Shown: in pieces, positions 42,301 to 55,705 of the stretch
Layout: each line of letters opens with the position of its first letter
Position numbering within the stretch: position 1 is the stretch's first letter
Assembly (NCBI RefSeq): GCF_009914755.1
Contig: NC_060928.1
DNA length: 64,000 nt
From: the human T2T-CHM13v2.0 reference genome, Homo sapiens
Direction: 5' to 3' (one strand)
Position numbers and translations under genes: made by a program
The notes under the pieces: generated by a model
What the model saw: only the letters and a program-made list of their open reading frames with translations
What the model was told of the DNA's origin: nothing
The model's database searches: none

Positions 42301-43489
42301 TTGAGAAGCTGACCCTGATTCTAAACAGACTTGACGATTTACCACCAAATGGGGACAATGCTATTTTGTCAGGGATAAATGTATTCTTCTTCATGGGCTT
42401 AGAGGGAGAAAACAAGCTGTTTCTTAAAACTGGCTACATTTTCTGCACAGCGCGGGCTCAGGTATTTGGAAATTAGGATACATAATTGTCTCCTTTAAAA
42501 CACAGTAGCCTAGAAACCAGAAATCTTAAGCCCTTTACATTGCCTCCAGGCAACAGAGCTCCAAAACTAATTTACTGCGTTGTCCTAAGAGAAAGAAGTG
42601 CCTCAGTTTCTTCATATTTCAAAAAGGCAAACACAACCATCTCCCTACCAATCAACTTTTTTAAAGTTAATAGCCAGAACAATTGCAAGGATTTGCAATT
42701 TTCACAAAGTACTTTCCTTTTAAGACATTGGGATAGAGGCAGTTGCTGTGAAAGCCAGAAAACTACAGGCTTGCCTTCTCTGAAAAAGTGGTTTTCCTGA
42801 ATTCTTAAGTGCCTTAGGCAGTTTTCGGGATTTGTCTACACTCTTAATTTATACTCCTAGAGTTTGTTTATTTTTGTTTATTCTGAATAAATATAAATAT
42901 TATATCTGTGAGATTTAGCACAGATGGGGCCATATTTTAAATACCTAGACAGGCCTTTTGGCTTCTTTTTCTGACAGTTGCAATAATTCTAGTTGAAACT
43001 GATAATTCCCAACAGTACTACATAAGAAATTATGTTCTTCTACACTAAAGAAAGAACTCCTGGACTCATAGACTGAAACACATTGAATGGAAACTCATTC
43101 TCTTCTAGAACTCTTCCCCATTCCCACCAGTCTCAGGGTTCTAACCATTCTAACCATTTAAATGGAATAACAAAGCATGCATTCTAGGAATTTTCAGAAC
43201 TTTAATTGAAATTATTTAAGATATAAATAGACTCATACACAAAAATCAGCAACGTGCTTTCTGAAGTTCTTTCTCCTACACATTTACCATGAGTGATGGC
43301 ATCCCTAAGTTTGAAATAGGCAGAAGAAATACACAATTGTAGTTCAACAGTTGGTTTAATTAGTTGAACACCCCATTTCCTTATCTACAAAAGTGGGAAT
43401 AGAATGCATATTTTATTTACTTGTTGGAGAGTAAAATAAGATAGGGAATGGACAACCTTAAGCACAGCACTTTTATTCATAGATGTAGC

Positions 43490-44315
43490 AATTCTATACT
43501 GAACACCTATTATGTTCCAGACATGGTTCTATGTGCTGGGAAAACAGTGGTAACTGAGAAAGGCAAAGCCTCTGTTCTCATGCAGCTTACACCTAAACAA
43601 AGAAAACATCAGGTTATCAAATAATAAATAAGAACATATCCCATATGAGTAAGTGCTGTTGAACCAGGAGAGAACATTAAAACCAGCTGGCAGAATAGAA
43701 AGTGAGTAGGTTGAGAGGTCAGGAAAGAGGTCTCTAAGAAAAGAAGTTAAGTAGGAGTTTAAATTACAAGAAGGAACTGACCGTGAGATGTTTAGGGTAA
43801 AGGGCACCTTGGGTGGAGGAAACAGCTTATGCAAATACGCCAAGCTGCGAATGAGCTTGGCATCCTTAAGGAACAGAGAGAAGGGTGTGGCTGCTGAAAC
43901 ATGCTGAGCCAGGAGAGACTTCTGGGAGACATTTTCATGGATAAAGTCCGGGGCTACAGTATGTGAAGCCTTATAGCTGGGGTAAGGGATTTAGATTTCA
44001 GTCTCTTTGCCAGAAAGCCACTCTAGGGAATAGGGGACTTGTGTGATCTGCCTGCTATGAAAAGGATGAACTGCCAGGGAGCAAGAGTGGAAGAAGGAAC
44101 ACATGTGAGGGGGCATCACAGTGGCCCAGGTGAGAAACAATGGTGGCATGGCCTGGAGTGGAAATACAGGTAGTCAGTTTCTGGATATAATTGAAAACAG
44201 AATCAGTACAATTTGGTACACTGAATAGGGACATGAGGGAAAGAAAAGAATTAAGAATGAATTAGTTTGGGACATGAATAACTGAATGGGTAAATTTAAT
44301 GAGTTGATGACATAG
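43490..44315 (-). mobile_element. L2 fragment
   Basis: actgaacacctattatgttccagacatggttc.. matches the reverse complement of the L2 3' end. Appears to continue after the L1 at ~45795. Confidence 0.7.
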
Positions 44316-44323
44316 AAATACTA

Positions 44324-45787
44324 TGGGATTGCTGGATCGTATGATAATTGAGTTTTTTGAGATACTCCATACTGTATTCTAAAATAGCTGTACTATTATA
44401 ATTTACATTCCCAACAACAGTATATGCAGGTTCCCTTTTCTCTGCACCCTTAGGATACTTGTTATCTTTTGTCTTTTGGCTAATAGCCATTCTAACAGAT
44501 ATGCAGTGATAGATCATTGTGATTTTAATTTGCATTTACCTGATGATCAGGGATGTTGAATGTTTTTTCAGGAACTTGTGGGTCATTTGTATGTCTTCTT
44601 TTGATAAACGCCTGTTCAGGTCCTTTGCCCACTTTTTAAAATGCATTATTTGTTTTCTTGCTATTGAGCTATTTGAGTTTCTTACATATTTTGGATATTA
44701 CCCCTTATCAGATGTATGGTTTGCAAATATTTTCTCCCAATTGTGGGTTATCTTTTCACTGTGTTTTTGTTGTTGTTTTTTGTTTGTTTTTTGCTGTGCA
44801 GAAGCTTTTTAGTTTGCTGCAATTTCATTTCTCTATTTTTGTTTTATTGTCTGTGCTTTTGGGGTCCTATATGATAAATCATTGTCCATACCAATGTCCT
44901 GAAGCTTTTCTCCTATATTTCAGTAGTATCACAGTTCCAGGTTTTACATTTAAGTATTTAATCTATTTTGAGTTAATATTTTTGTATATGATGTGAGATA
45001 AAGGTCCAGTTTCATTCTTCTACATATGGTTATCCAGTTTTCCCAACACTTTTTATTGAAGACACTGTCCTCTCCCCATGGTGTGTTCTGGGCACCTTTG
45101 TCAAAACTACTTCTGGGGATATATATAAAAAATTAAATTAGTATGTCAAAAAGATATCTGCATTTCCATGTTCATTTCATCATGATTCACAATAGCGAAG
45201 ATACAGAAGCAACCTAAGTGTCCATCAACAAATGAATGAATAAAAAAATGTGGTATATATACACATTGGAATAATATTCAGCCTTATACAAATTAGGAAA
45301 TTCTATCATTTGTGATAATATGGAAGAAACTCAAGGATGTTCTATGCTAAGTCAAATAAGCCAAGCACAGAACAACGAATATAGTATGATCTCACTTATA
45401 TGTGGAATCTAGAAAAGTTGAACTCATAGGAACAAAGAGTAGAATGGTATTTACCAGAGGATGAGAGGGAAGGGCTGATGGAAAAAGTAAAAATGTTGGT
45501 CAAAGGTTACAAAGTTTCAGCTAAACGGGAGGAATACATTTTATTGATCAATTGTACAACGCGATGACCACAGCTGCTAATAACGTGTATTTCAAAATTG
45601 TGAAAAGAGTAGATTTTAACCATTCTCACCACAGAAAGATAAGTAGGTGAGGTAATCAAATTGTTAATCATCTTGATTTAATCTTTCTGCAATAACCATA
45701 TATATCAAAACATCATATTGTACCCCATAAATATATGCCAAGTATTATTTGCCAATTAAAAACTTAAAAATATAAATAAATACAAAT
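44324..45787 (+). mobile_element. L1MA (MA5-MA7-like) with ~780-bp 5' inversion
   Basis: Minus-strand ORF2 at 44324-45106, then plus-strand ORF2 end and 3'UTR at 45107-45787. The two pieces are contiguous in L1 coordinates. Confidence 0.88.
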
Positions 45788-45881
45788 TAATACTGTCTGT
45801 AGTCTTCTAGGGTTAAGAGAATCAAAAGATCTGCTTTAGATATATTAGAATGTAGATATCTATAATGTACTCAAAAATTAA

Positions 45882-46232
<351 letters not shown>

Positions 46233-46284
46233 TAAAATGAGAGATAAAACTAGAAAACCTACAAATGTCAAAAGGATAATAGAT

Positions 46285-46663
46285 ATGTTGTTCAATGCAG
46301 GCTGCTACAACAAAATACCATAGTCTGGGTGGCTAAAACAACAGACATTAATTTCTCACAATTCTGGAGACTGAGAAGTCCAAGATCGAGGTGCCAGAAT
46401 ATTCAGATTTTGGTGAGGGCCCTCTTTCTACCTTGGAGAGTGCTGTCTTCTCTCTGCATCCTCACGTGGAGGAGAAAGAGAGAGAGAGGTGGTATCTTCC
46501 TCCTCTTATAAGGACACTAATTCTATCCTGAGCACACTATCCTCATGACCTTATCAAAACCCAATGACCTCCAAATGTCACAGCTCCAAATACAATCACA
46601 TTGAGAGGTTACGACTTTACATATAAATTTGTGAGCAGGAAAAACAAATATTCATTCCGTAAG
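46285..46663 (-). mobile_element. MLT1A-like LTR inserted in the old L1
   Basis: ggctgctacaacaaaataccatag..aagtccaagatc..ctcttataaggacactaat. Confidence 0.85.
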
Positions 46664-47589
46664 AGAAGAATACTACAAACAGCCCTACAACATAATTTTC
46701 ATGAATTAGATGAAATGGAAAAATTCCTTAAAAATTACAAACTAAAATAATTCACCAAAGATTAAAAAGATAATTTGAATAGCTTTATACCTGTTAAGTA
46801 AGTAAATTTAATTTACAATTTATAAAATTTTCCATTAAAAAAAACTTCAGACCACATGGTTTCACTGGAGAATTCTATCAAACATGAAAAGAAGAATTAA
46901 CACTAATTCTTCACAATCTCTTCCAGAAAATAGACAAGAGTTATACTTCATAATTCATTTTATGAGTACAGTATTGGCATGACACAACAACTAGAGAAAG
47001 ACAATATCACAGAAAAGTAAAGTACAGACAAATATCTCTTAGAAGTATGGACTCCAAATCATAAACAAAATATTATCAAAGAGAAGTTAGCAATATATAA
47101 AAAGAAATATATATTATAGTCAGGTAGAGTTCATTCCAGGGATGCAAGCCTGGGTCAATATTTAAAAAATCAAAGTAGTACATCATATTATCAGGCCCCC
47201 CACAAAAAAAATCACATGATTATATTCATTGATGCAAAAAAAAGCATATGACAAAATTCAACACTGATTCATGATTTAAAAAAAATCCAAGAAATAGGAA
47301 TAGACAAACTGCTTTACTTTGATAAAGAACATCTACAAAAACCTACTAGTAACATTATGATTAATGGTGAAAGGCTGAATGTTTTCACCCAAAGATAAGG
47401 ATCAAGACAAAAAAGTGCTTCAACCAATGTTATTCAACATAGTGTTGGAAGTGCTAGCCAGTACAATGAGGTAAGAAAAGAAACTTAAAGGCATACAGAG
47501 TGTAAAGAAATAAATAAAATCTTTCCATTTGCTGATAAGATGATTTTCTACATACAAAACCCAAAGAATCTATAAAAATTAAAATTTCT

Positions 47590-47713
47590 CTTTTTTTATT
47601 ATACTTTAAGTTTTAGGGTGCATGTGCACATGGATGAAGCTGGAAACCATCATTCTCAGCAAACTATCGCAAGGACAAAAAACCAAACACCACATGTTCT
47701 CACTCATAGGTGG
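47590..47713 (-). mobile_element. 124-bp L1PA4/5-like insertion with inversion and deletion
   Basis: ~40 bp of minus-strand L1 3' terminus plus ~85 bp of plus-strand ORF2 end. Perfect 16-bp TSD aaaaattaaaatttct at 47574-47589 and 47714-47729. Confidence 0.92.
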
Positions 47714-49689
47714 AAAAATTAAAATTTCTAGTATAAATTAGTGTCTTCAGGAATGTCATAGGATACTAGCTAAGTATTCAATTATACTACTTGAAAAAAC
47801 CTGTTGTACTAGCAATGAACATATGGGCACTAAAATTTAAAATACAATATCATTTACAATGACTCAAAAAATGAAATACTTTGGTGTGTGTCAAACAAAA
47901 CATATACAAGACTTGTGTGCTGAAAATTACAAAAACTCTGATAAAAAATAAAAAGATGATTTAAATAAAACATAGTAAAGATGTCAGTTCTTTACTGCAA
48001 CTGCAAGCAAAATTACAAGACTTTTCGATCATAGACAAGATTTTTCAAAAAAATGTATATAGATGTACAAAGGAACTAGAATAGCCAGCACAATTTTGAA
48101 AAGTAAGTCTTGAAATCAGGTAGAATGACTTTGAGACTTATATGGCTGCAGTTCTCAAGTTTGTGAGGTATGGTTAGAACAACAGATGAGCACATGGTTC
48201 AGTGGTACAGGGTAGAAAATGCAGAAATAGAGCCACACAATTATGCACACCTAATTTTGACAAAGATGCAAGAGCAGCTATTCAGTAGAGGAAAGACAGC
48301 CTTTCAACAGTGACGCTGGAGCAAATGGACATCCATAGGCAAGAACCCAACCTTGGTGAAGATCTCACACCTTGTATAAATACTAGCTCAAAATACATCA
48401 CAGGCTTAAATGTAAAATGTAAAACTGTTAAAGTTTTAGAAAAAAAAAGAAGAAAATCTTCAGAATCTAGGGCTACGCAGAGTCCTTAGCAATGTTCATT
48501 GCTGGTACAACAGATGTTTTCAATTAGTATATATTCCAAAAACATGAGCCATAAAAGGAAAAATTAATAAATTAGATGGCATCAAAGTTTAATACTTTCA
48601 CTCATCAGAGACCCTGTCAAGACAATGAAAAGACAACATACAGAGTGAAAGTGAAATATGCAAACCACTTATCTGACAAAGGATTTGTATCTAGAGTATA
48701 TAAAGACTTTGAATATTCAACAATAGTGAAGCACACAATTCAATTAGAACATGAGCAAAAAACATGGAGAGTCATTTCACCACAAAGGTAAAACAGATGG
48801 CAAGTAAGCACATGAAAAGATATTTAATAGCATTACTAATTATTGAAATGCAGACTAAAACTACAATGAGTTATTACTACACATCTATTAGAATGGCTAA
48901 CATAAAATCAAAAATGGTGTCAAGACCAAATGTTGGCAAGGACACAGAAAAACTGGATCACTCATACATGGACAGTGAAAATGTAAAATGTTACATTCAC
49001 TCTGGAAAACAGTCTGGCGGTGTCTTAAAATTCCGAACATACATCACCTACAAAACCTAGCAATTGTACTCCAGAGCATTTATCCCAGAGAAATAAAAAT
49101 TTATTTTCACACAAAAACCTGTACACGGATGCTTATAGCATTTTGACTTGTCATAGTCTTAACCTAGAAACAACCTAGATGCCTTTTAATGGGTGAATGG
49201 TTAATGAAATTGTATATGTCCAAACCATGTGATACTACACAGCAATAAAAAGGAATGAACTAGTGATAGACACAATTTAGATGGCTTTCAAGGGAATTAC
49301 ACAGAGTGAAAATGCCAGTCTCAAAAGATTACATACCACATGATTCCATTCATATAACATTCTCAAAATGACAGAATTATAAAAGTGGAGAACAGATTAG
49401 TGGGTGCCAAGGATTAAGCAAAGGGTGGGGGCAGAAAGAAGGGCATTCGCTATAGAAGTGCAACACGGCAGATCCTTGTGGTGATGGAAGTCTTCTGTAT
49501 CCTTATTGTATCAATGTTGGTATCTGAGTTGTGATATTTTATTATAGTTTTGTAAGATGTCACCACTGCAGAAAAATGAGTAAATTGTACACTGCATCTC
49601 TCTGTATTATTTGCTTATAATTCCATGCTAATCTACAATTATACCCAAATAAAAATTTAATGAAAAATGTAATAAATAAAATTTTAAAA

Positions 49690-49970
49690 ATACCTTTTGA
49701 GCCCCTTCTATGCACTACTGTTTTAGGTGCTGAATATACATGAGTGAATCCAATAGACAAAATTGGTGTCTCATGGAGCTTATAATGGGGAACGGGGAAA
49801 GAAACAACAGAGCAGGCAAAGGGACACTGAGCATGTCGAATGGAGGGAAGGGATGGCAGGGCATGTAAAGCAAGGTGATAACAAAAGTCCTCAAGAGAAA
49901 GTGATGATGTTTGAGTAAAATTTGAAGGTGGTGTAAAAGAGACCCATGTAGATACCTGGAATGTGCACAT
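49690..49970 (-). mobile_element. L2 3' fragment
   Basis: tgagccccttctatgc..ctgttttaggtgctg..ctcatggagcttata. Confidence 0.6.
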
Positions 49971-52112
49971 AGGTGCTTTCTCTGTATATGTAACTTTCTG
50001 TAGACCCTGGACAGTCAGCTAATAATCCACAAATCAATCTGTTTGAAAAACCTTCTCAAAATCAGCCCTCTGTAGAAGGTTCATTTTTCACATTGAAGCC
50101 TAGAGCACCAGCATGATCAATATTTTCTCTAGGGAAAGTAATTACTAATCACCAATTGTGTTGGATGTGTGCAAGGATCCCACTGCCTGTATTTGTGTAT
50201 TGTTGGGGAGTATGCAGGGAAAATAAAGTTGTTTAATGCTATCCTTGGGAAAACACAAAACATAATTAGGAAGAGAACTATACAAATATCACAGAGTATT
50301 AGAAAACAAAAATGTTCTTTTAATGATCAGCTAATTTGGATTAGATATAACTACCACTAGCAGCAATATCAAGAATCAAGAGTTGCATGTTCAATAATAA
50401 CAGATGTCTTTAATATTTCAGAGATGTTTGAGCAAAGCCACTGTCATTTACAAAGAAATATAAGTGAACAGCTCATAAGGGCTTAAAGGTTTTTGAGATG
50501 AAACCAGTTTTGGCACATGGTAAGGGGACTACTAAAATTCCTAACAGTAAAGTTACAGAAAAATTTAGTTTAAATGCAAACCAGCTCATCATGTGATAAG
50601 AACAAAAGGTTCCTTGATGAGTGATGATTCCACAAGCAACTACTGGCCATGTGAAATAAGTTACAGAAGGACAAAGAAGTGTAGACTCATTTCAAGATAT
50701 ATTTCTCCTAATTGCATTTTGGAGGAAATGTTTTTCAGAGCAGCTCTTTTAGAGAAGGCCAAAGTCCAAATATATGAAATCTTAAATGCACTTAGATGAT
50801 CCTCATTGCTTCTTAGAATGGAAAAATAAATGTGACTGATTGATTAAGGGAAGAAAGTTGGCTTCTCTTCAAGGAATGACGAGCGTAGTGATTCCCAAGA
50901 AGACTCTTCTCACAGTGGAGTTTTCTCTCAAAGACTGCTCCTCTCAAAACATCGTGGTGTGTTCTGTGTATCTCAGTGGGAACAGACATTGTTATGCCTT
51001 TCAAATTGTCACAAGTTGCAAAATTAAACATGTGCAGCATAAAAATAGCACACCATGGGGCTGCAAAGAGAAGCAGAGCAGAGCCTTGCGGCAAAGTCAC
51101 AGGTTTTGAAAGTGGGTCTTGATAAAATATCAGACTTGCTACTGTCCATTAGAGAGGAACTCCCCAGTGCCAGGTCCATTATTATTCCAGAAGCTGTTCC
51201 CCTACTTCACTGAGTAAAGAGCCTGCCATGACACTACCAATGTTTGCATCAACTTTGGTTATAGCTCTGTGAATACAAAGCAAGTCAAAATCAACCCTAC
51301 TGGCATAGGAAGTCCTCCTTTAGTGTGGCTAGGTCTAAATTGACCACAAACCATACGATAAACATTTTAGGTAATGTCTAAATGATGCCATTGTTGAGGC
51401 TTTCTGCCATAGTCTAATGTCACACAATGAAGACTAAATCATTGATAGATATGAGGATTCTGTATCACCTTGGTATTGAGTGTGACAATGTGAACAAATA
51501 TTTACATGTAAATAGATTCACAGAAGTATCTACCAAATACAAATTATGAGCTTTAAAAAGTAAAACAAAACATCCTGGAGGGCCGAAGAAGTGAAATTTT
51601 TTCTAGAAGATGAGATTGAACTATTCTTTGTTTGGTTGTGTTTTTAAGGAGAGCCACTGTTTGTTATTCATGAGTGTTCAGAGGTAAGGAAAAGTGTTTA
51701 TGACATATGTGTAGATTTTGGACAAATAGTCCATTGGAAATGTGCACCAGGTAGAGGTAAGGCTCCATTGATGAGACCCCACCCACCAAAAACTCTGTCT
51801 GAAGTCCTCATTGTTGTTGTTACAGGAGATGGGAGCAGATGTGATTAGCTGAGGGAGAGCCCTGAGAGTCAGAGACAGATGTTTACATCATACTTTAAAA
51901 AAAATAAAAATACACTGGAGAGTCCTGTCCAATGGAGACATGACTGGCATCATGGGCTTGGAATTTGGATTCTGTGTCAGCATCCAGGACTTCAAAAAAG
52001 GAAAGGTTGAGGGGTCAGTATGGTTAGGGGAGCTAAGTTTCCAGTCATAGATTTATACCTAGATTATAAGAAAAAAGGATGAGACGTGTCCTCAAGCCCA
52101 ATATTCCATAAA

Positions 52113-52137
52113 ATTAGGCTGACATTATCCTGAAACA

Positions 52138-52179
<42 letters not shown>

Positions 52180-52193
52180 TAATGTCAGCTAAT
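52113..52193. repeat. (CA)~21 microsatellite flanked by a perfect 13-bp inverted repeat
   Basis: gctgacattatcc (52118-52130) and its reverse complement ggataatgtcagc (52177-52189). Confidence 0.92.
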
Positions 52194-52504
52194 ATACATA
52201 TACAAAATCAACTTATGAGAAATTCTCTTTTTCCCACTCTTTGGTGGGTCATTTAGAATAAGGAACTGGGGTTCTAATTTCACACTGGAACATAATATCA
52301 TATTGTTTACCTTTACTCAGATGCATTTTCTCAGCTATTAAACAGTCATGCAGTCTCCTGACTGACAAAACACATGTAGTTATAGGAAGTATTAAAATAC
52401 TATCCTACAATTATATAACCATTTTAAAGTGTTAATATATAAACTTTTTTTCTTTATTGAGATCACTGGAGCTCATCCACTTAATTGTATTTACACTCTT
52501 ACCC

Positions 52505-52630
52505 ATTTTTTCTCAAAGTACAATGTTTGGCCTATTTGCATCAGAACCACCTGGAATGCCTGTTTAAAATGCAGAATTCTTAGGCCCCGCCTCCAATATA
52601 TAGACAGAATTTCTAAGTATGGGGTGAAGA
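52505..52630. mobile_element. MER5-like hAT fragment
   Basis: ttctcaaagt..gcatcagaaccacctgg..tgtttaaaatgcagaattcttaggcccc. Confidence 0.65.
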
Positions 52631-55399
52631 GTCTTACAGATTTGATATCTCCTGAATTCTCAAAAACACAGACTTTTGATAATCAAAGCGACATAAGCCA
52701 AATACCATCTTGGAATGAGAAGTCAAAGAACAATCAAAGAGCAAGCTGAAGATGACAAAATTATGGCTCTATAAACTCCCAATAACCCACCAGATATTTC
52801 TGCCTAAAGCCACCTGCAGACCACTGAGAGGCTGGGATGTGGTCTTGGTAATGCATTCCCAGCCTTCCATTTCAAAACAAATCACAAGTGAGTCAAGGAA
52901 GCCTCATTTTCAGTTATATCAAAGGCAATCAATAGGCAGCTTTAAAACAATGAGGTTGCTCATTTGGCTTGAACAGAAGTCATCAACCGCAAGCAATCCT
53001 GTGGTGTCCATTGGAACCTAATGGACTCACACAGATTTGGTAAACTTTTTACAATATTTTACATTGCCTTTTTACAATATTTTATAGATTAGCCAGTTAA
53101 CTAATATTTAAAAACAATTAGGCCACATATGTGATTTAAACTTTCGAATTCAGCATGCTATTTTCTCCCCTTCCTTTATTAATTTTTCTGCAGATTAGTA
53201 TTTTTTAAATTTTATTACATATACTATTAGACTAATATAAATATGAGTAAGCTGAACTCTAACAAAAATATTTGTGTATATTTTTTAAGGGAGAGGCACA
53301 GAACTTTCTGTCTCATTCTGTTGTGAGGTGAGATCCCCAAAAAAAAACAATTGTGAGTCTGGGGTAACTAAGTGAAGGACAACAGCATAATAAAAAAAGA
53401 ATTAAAAAGAACAATAAATGTCCTGACCTTCCCTTGGCCCCCAGCCAACATATACAGATGATGAGTTGACTCAGTATATATTTATTGAGTTTCTACTTAC
53501 CAGGTAGAGGTTGAGAGCTGAGTTTCAGATGACGTTAAGATACAAACTGAGTATTTGGAAATGATGATTTACCATTCAGAAGAAAGGTCAATGTTGAAGG
53601 TCACATGGTGATATCATTCCTGAAGACATAGCAATTAAAACTGAATATGGATAGAATACCTGAAGGAGACAGAGGTGCCCTACAGGCTGTTGTCACATTG
53701 TCTCAGTTATAAATGGCATTGCCCTATTTTTCACTTGAAATTGAACTGTTTTACACTATTTCTTTATCATAAACAGATACTAGTTTTTAAGAAAGAGAAG
53801 ATGCAAATAATTTTTTTTAAAGTTAAGATCATCAACAAAAAAAACAGGTCTAAATATTATTAAAAAATAACGGTAGTATTAAAACAGAAGTATTCTTGAT
53901 GTGCTCAGTAAAAAAGATTTTGTGACTTATGTAAACACCTAGGAATAGTAGAGGCAATGGTATTACAGAATCACAGAAACATATATACTCAGTGATGTCT
54001 TGTCTACACCAGGTTACAATTCTCTTTAGTGTGAGTAATCCCTTTTGTGCTAAAATGTCCAGTGATGCTTTTATAACTAACTACACTAATGCCATAGGCC
54101 AAATGCCAAAAGAGAAGCACATATCCTAGTCCAACAGCTAATAATTACTGACATCATATAATGATAACCACCAGAGCTGCCAGCACATGCAACTTTTAGA
54201 TTAAATTGGATAGGAGGGCCCACATTGGCATGCCCTGCTGGAAAAGGCAGCAATAGAACAGCAACAAGACATAACTGCTGTCATTCTTCCCAAATTATAT
54301 ATTCTTGTTTTGACTTACATAAGGCAGAATATTAGATGATGTGGAAGATGAATACCTCTTTAGCACTTCATCCTACAAATCTAAATTCAATTTCAACTAG
54401 GTAAAGGCAAAGCTTGGCTCAGAAATCCTCTGTGCCTTTTGAATGTCCTTGAGTGTTTCCTAAGGATTCATTTCCCAACAGCAGTCTGAGGACGACCACA
54501 CTCACACACTCCCCTGGAACTTGCTGCCATACACCCTTCTCATCAGAGAAGCGTGATTAAATATTCAGGACCCTGCCATCGTGGTGCATAGCAAAGTAAT
54601 GCAGGGCTCTGACCTCCTCCAGGAAAATCAGTCAAGGAACAAATGCATGACAACAGGTGGTACTAACTGCGTACTGTAACCGAAAACCACCTAATGCAGT
54701 TTTCATGTTACACACTCTCCAATGCTCACTGCAGAAGATGTTGTACTAAAAGCTTTTTTAAATGCATGCTGCAAATTCATATGCAGATCCAGCCACAGCT
54801 GACCTTCGGCCCCATGTGAACTCTGTAGCCAACATGTGCCTGGAAGAGGAGGCAGTGGAATGAGCCCTGGACTGAGTCAGGCTTGTGTCTGGCTCTCTCA
54901 AGGACTAAAGTTGGGCAAGCTGCTTCAGGTTTCAATCTCCTGATATGTAAAATGAAGGTATTATATTAAACAACATCTGTTTTATGTTCCAATTCAAAAA
55001 AAATCTAGAGATAGAATTCTAAATATCATTAAAATAGCCAAAGAATGCCCTGTAATGTGGATCTACTTTGATTTATTCACCCTTACCCCTATTGATAAAC
55101 TTTCAGGATGTTTTCAGTTGTACTGCTATTTCAAACACTACTGCAATAACCAGCCCTGTACACATATCCTCACAATATAAAGCTTTATTTTTTCTATAGA
55201 TTAATTTCATTAATGTAGAGGCACGCCTACTACCTATGGTTAAGTAATAAAGCAAGTTAAGAAGATATGTACATGTGATATGTATGATCCTACTTTTATG
55301 AAATAAAGCTACATTCTCTATGGGGTAGATTTCGTTTGTATAACATTGCAGCCTATTTTCTTGAAGGGAGAGAAAAGATGCTATAAGAAAAAGGAAATG

Positions 55400-55705
55400 G
55401 GCCAGACACAGTGGCTCACGCCTGTAATCCCAGCACTTTGGGAGGCTCAGGTAGGCAGATCATGAGGTCAAGAGATTGAGACCATCCTGGCCAACATGGT
55501 GAAACTTCATCTCTACAAAAAATACAAAAATTAGTTGGGTGTGGTGACATGCACCTATAGTCCCAGCTACTCAGGAGGCTGAGGCAGGAGAATCGCTTGA
55601 ACCTGGGAGGTGGAGGTTGCAGTGAACTGCAGTGAACCAAGATCGCGCCACTGCACTCCAGCCTGGTGACAGAGCGAGACTCCGTCTCAAAAAAACAAAA
55701 AAAAA
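55400..55705 (+). mobile_element. AluSc-like
   Basis: gatcatgaggtcaagagattgagaccatcc diagnostic. Internal 10-bp duplication tgcagtgaac. Confidence 0.93.

Larger units (their letters stand above)
46235..49675 (+). mobile_element. Old L1 (L1MD-like) ORF2 and 3'UTR, degraded
   Basis: ORF2-like A-rich sequence (ttagatgaaatggaaaaattcctt, ttcattccagggatgcaag, tgacaaaattcaacac). 3'UTR gatccttgtggtgatggaa..tctctctgtattattt. Confidence 0.85.

Noticed and set aside
49718-49734. RE1/REST-like motif ctgttttaggtgctgaa in L2
   Set aside because: Two mismatches in the core GGACAG half-site. Ordinary L2 sequence.
53046-53083. Small duplications (tttttacaatatttt twice; also ataaagtacca twice near 39769)
   Set aside because: Ordinary slippage products in AT-rich sequence.
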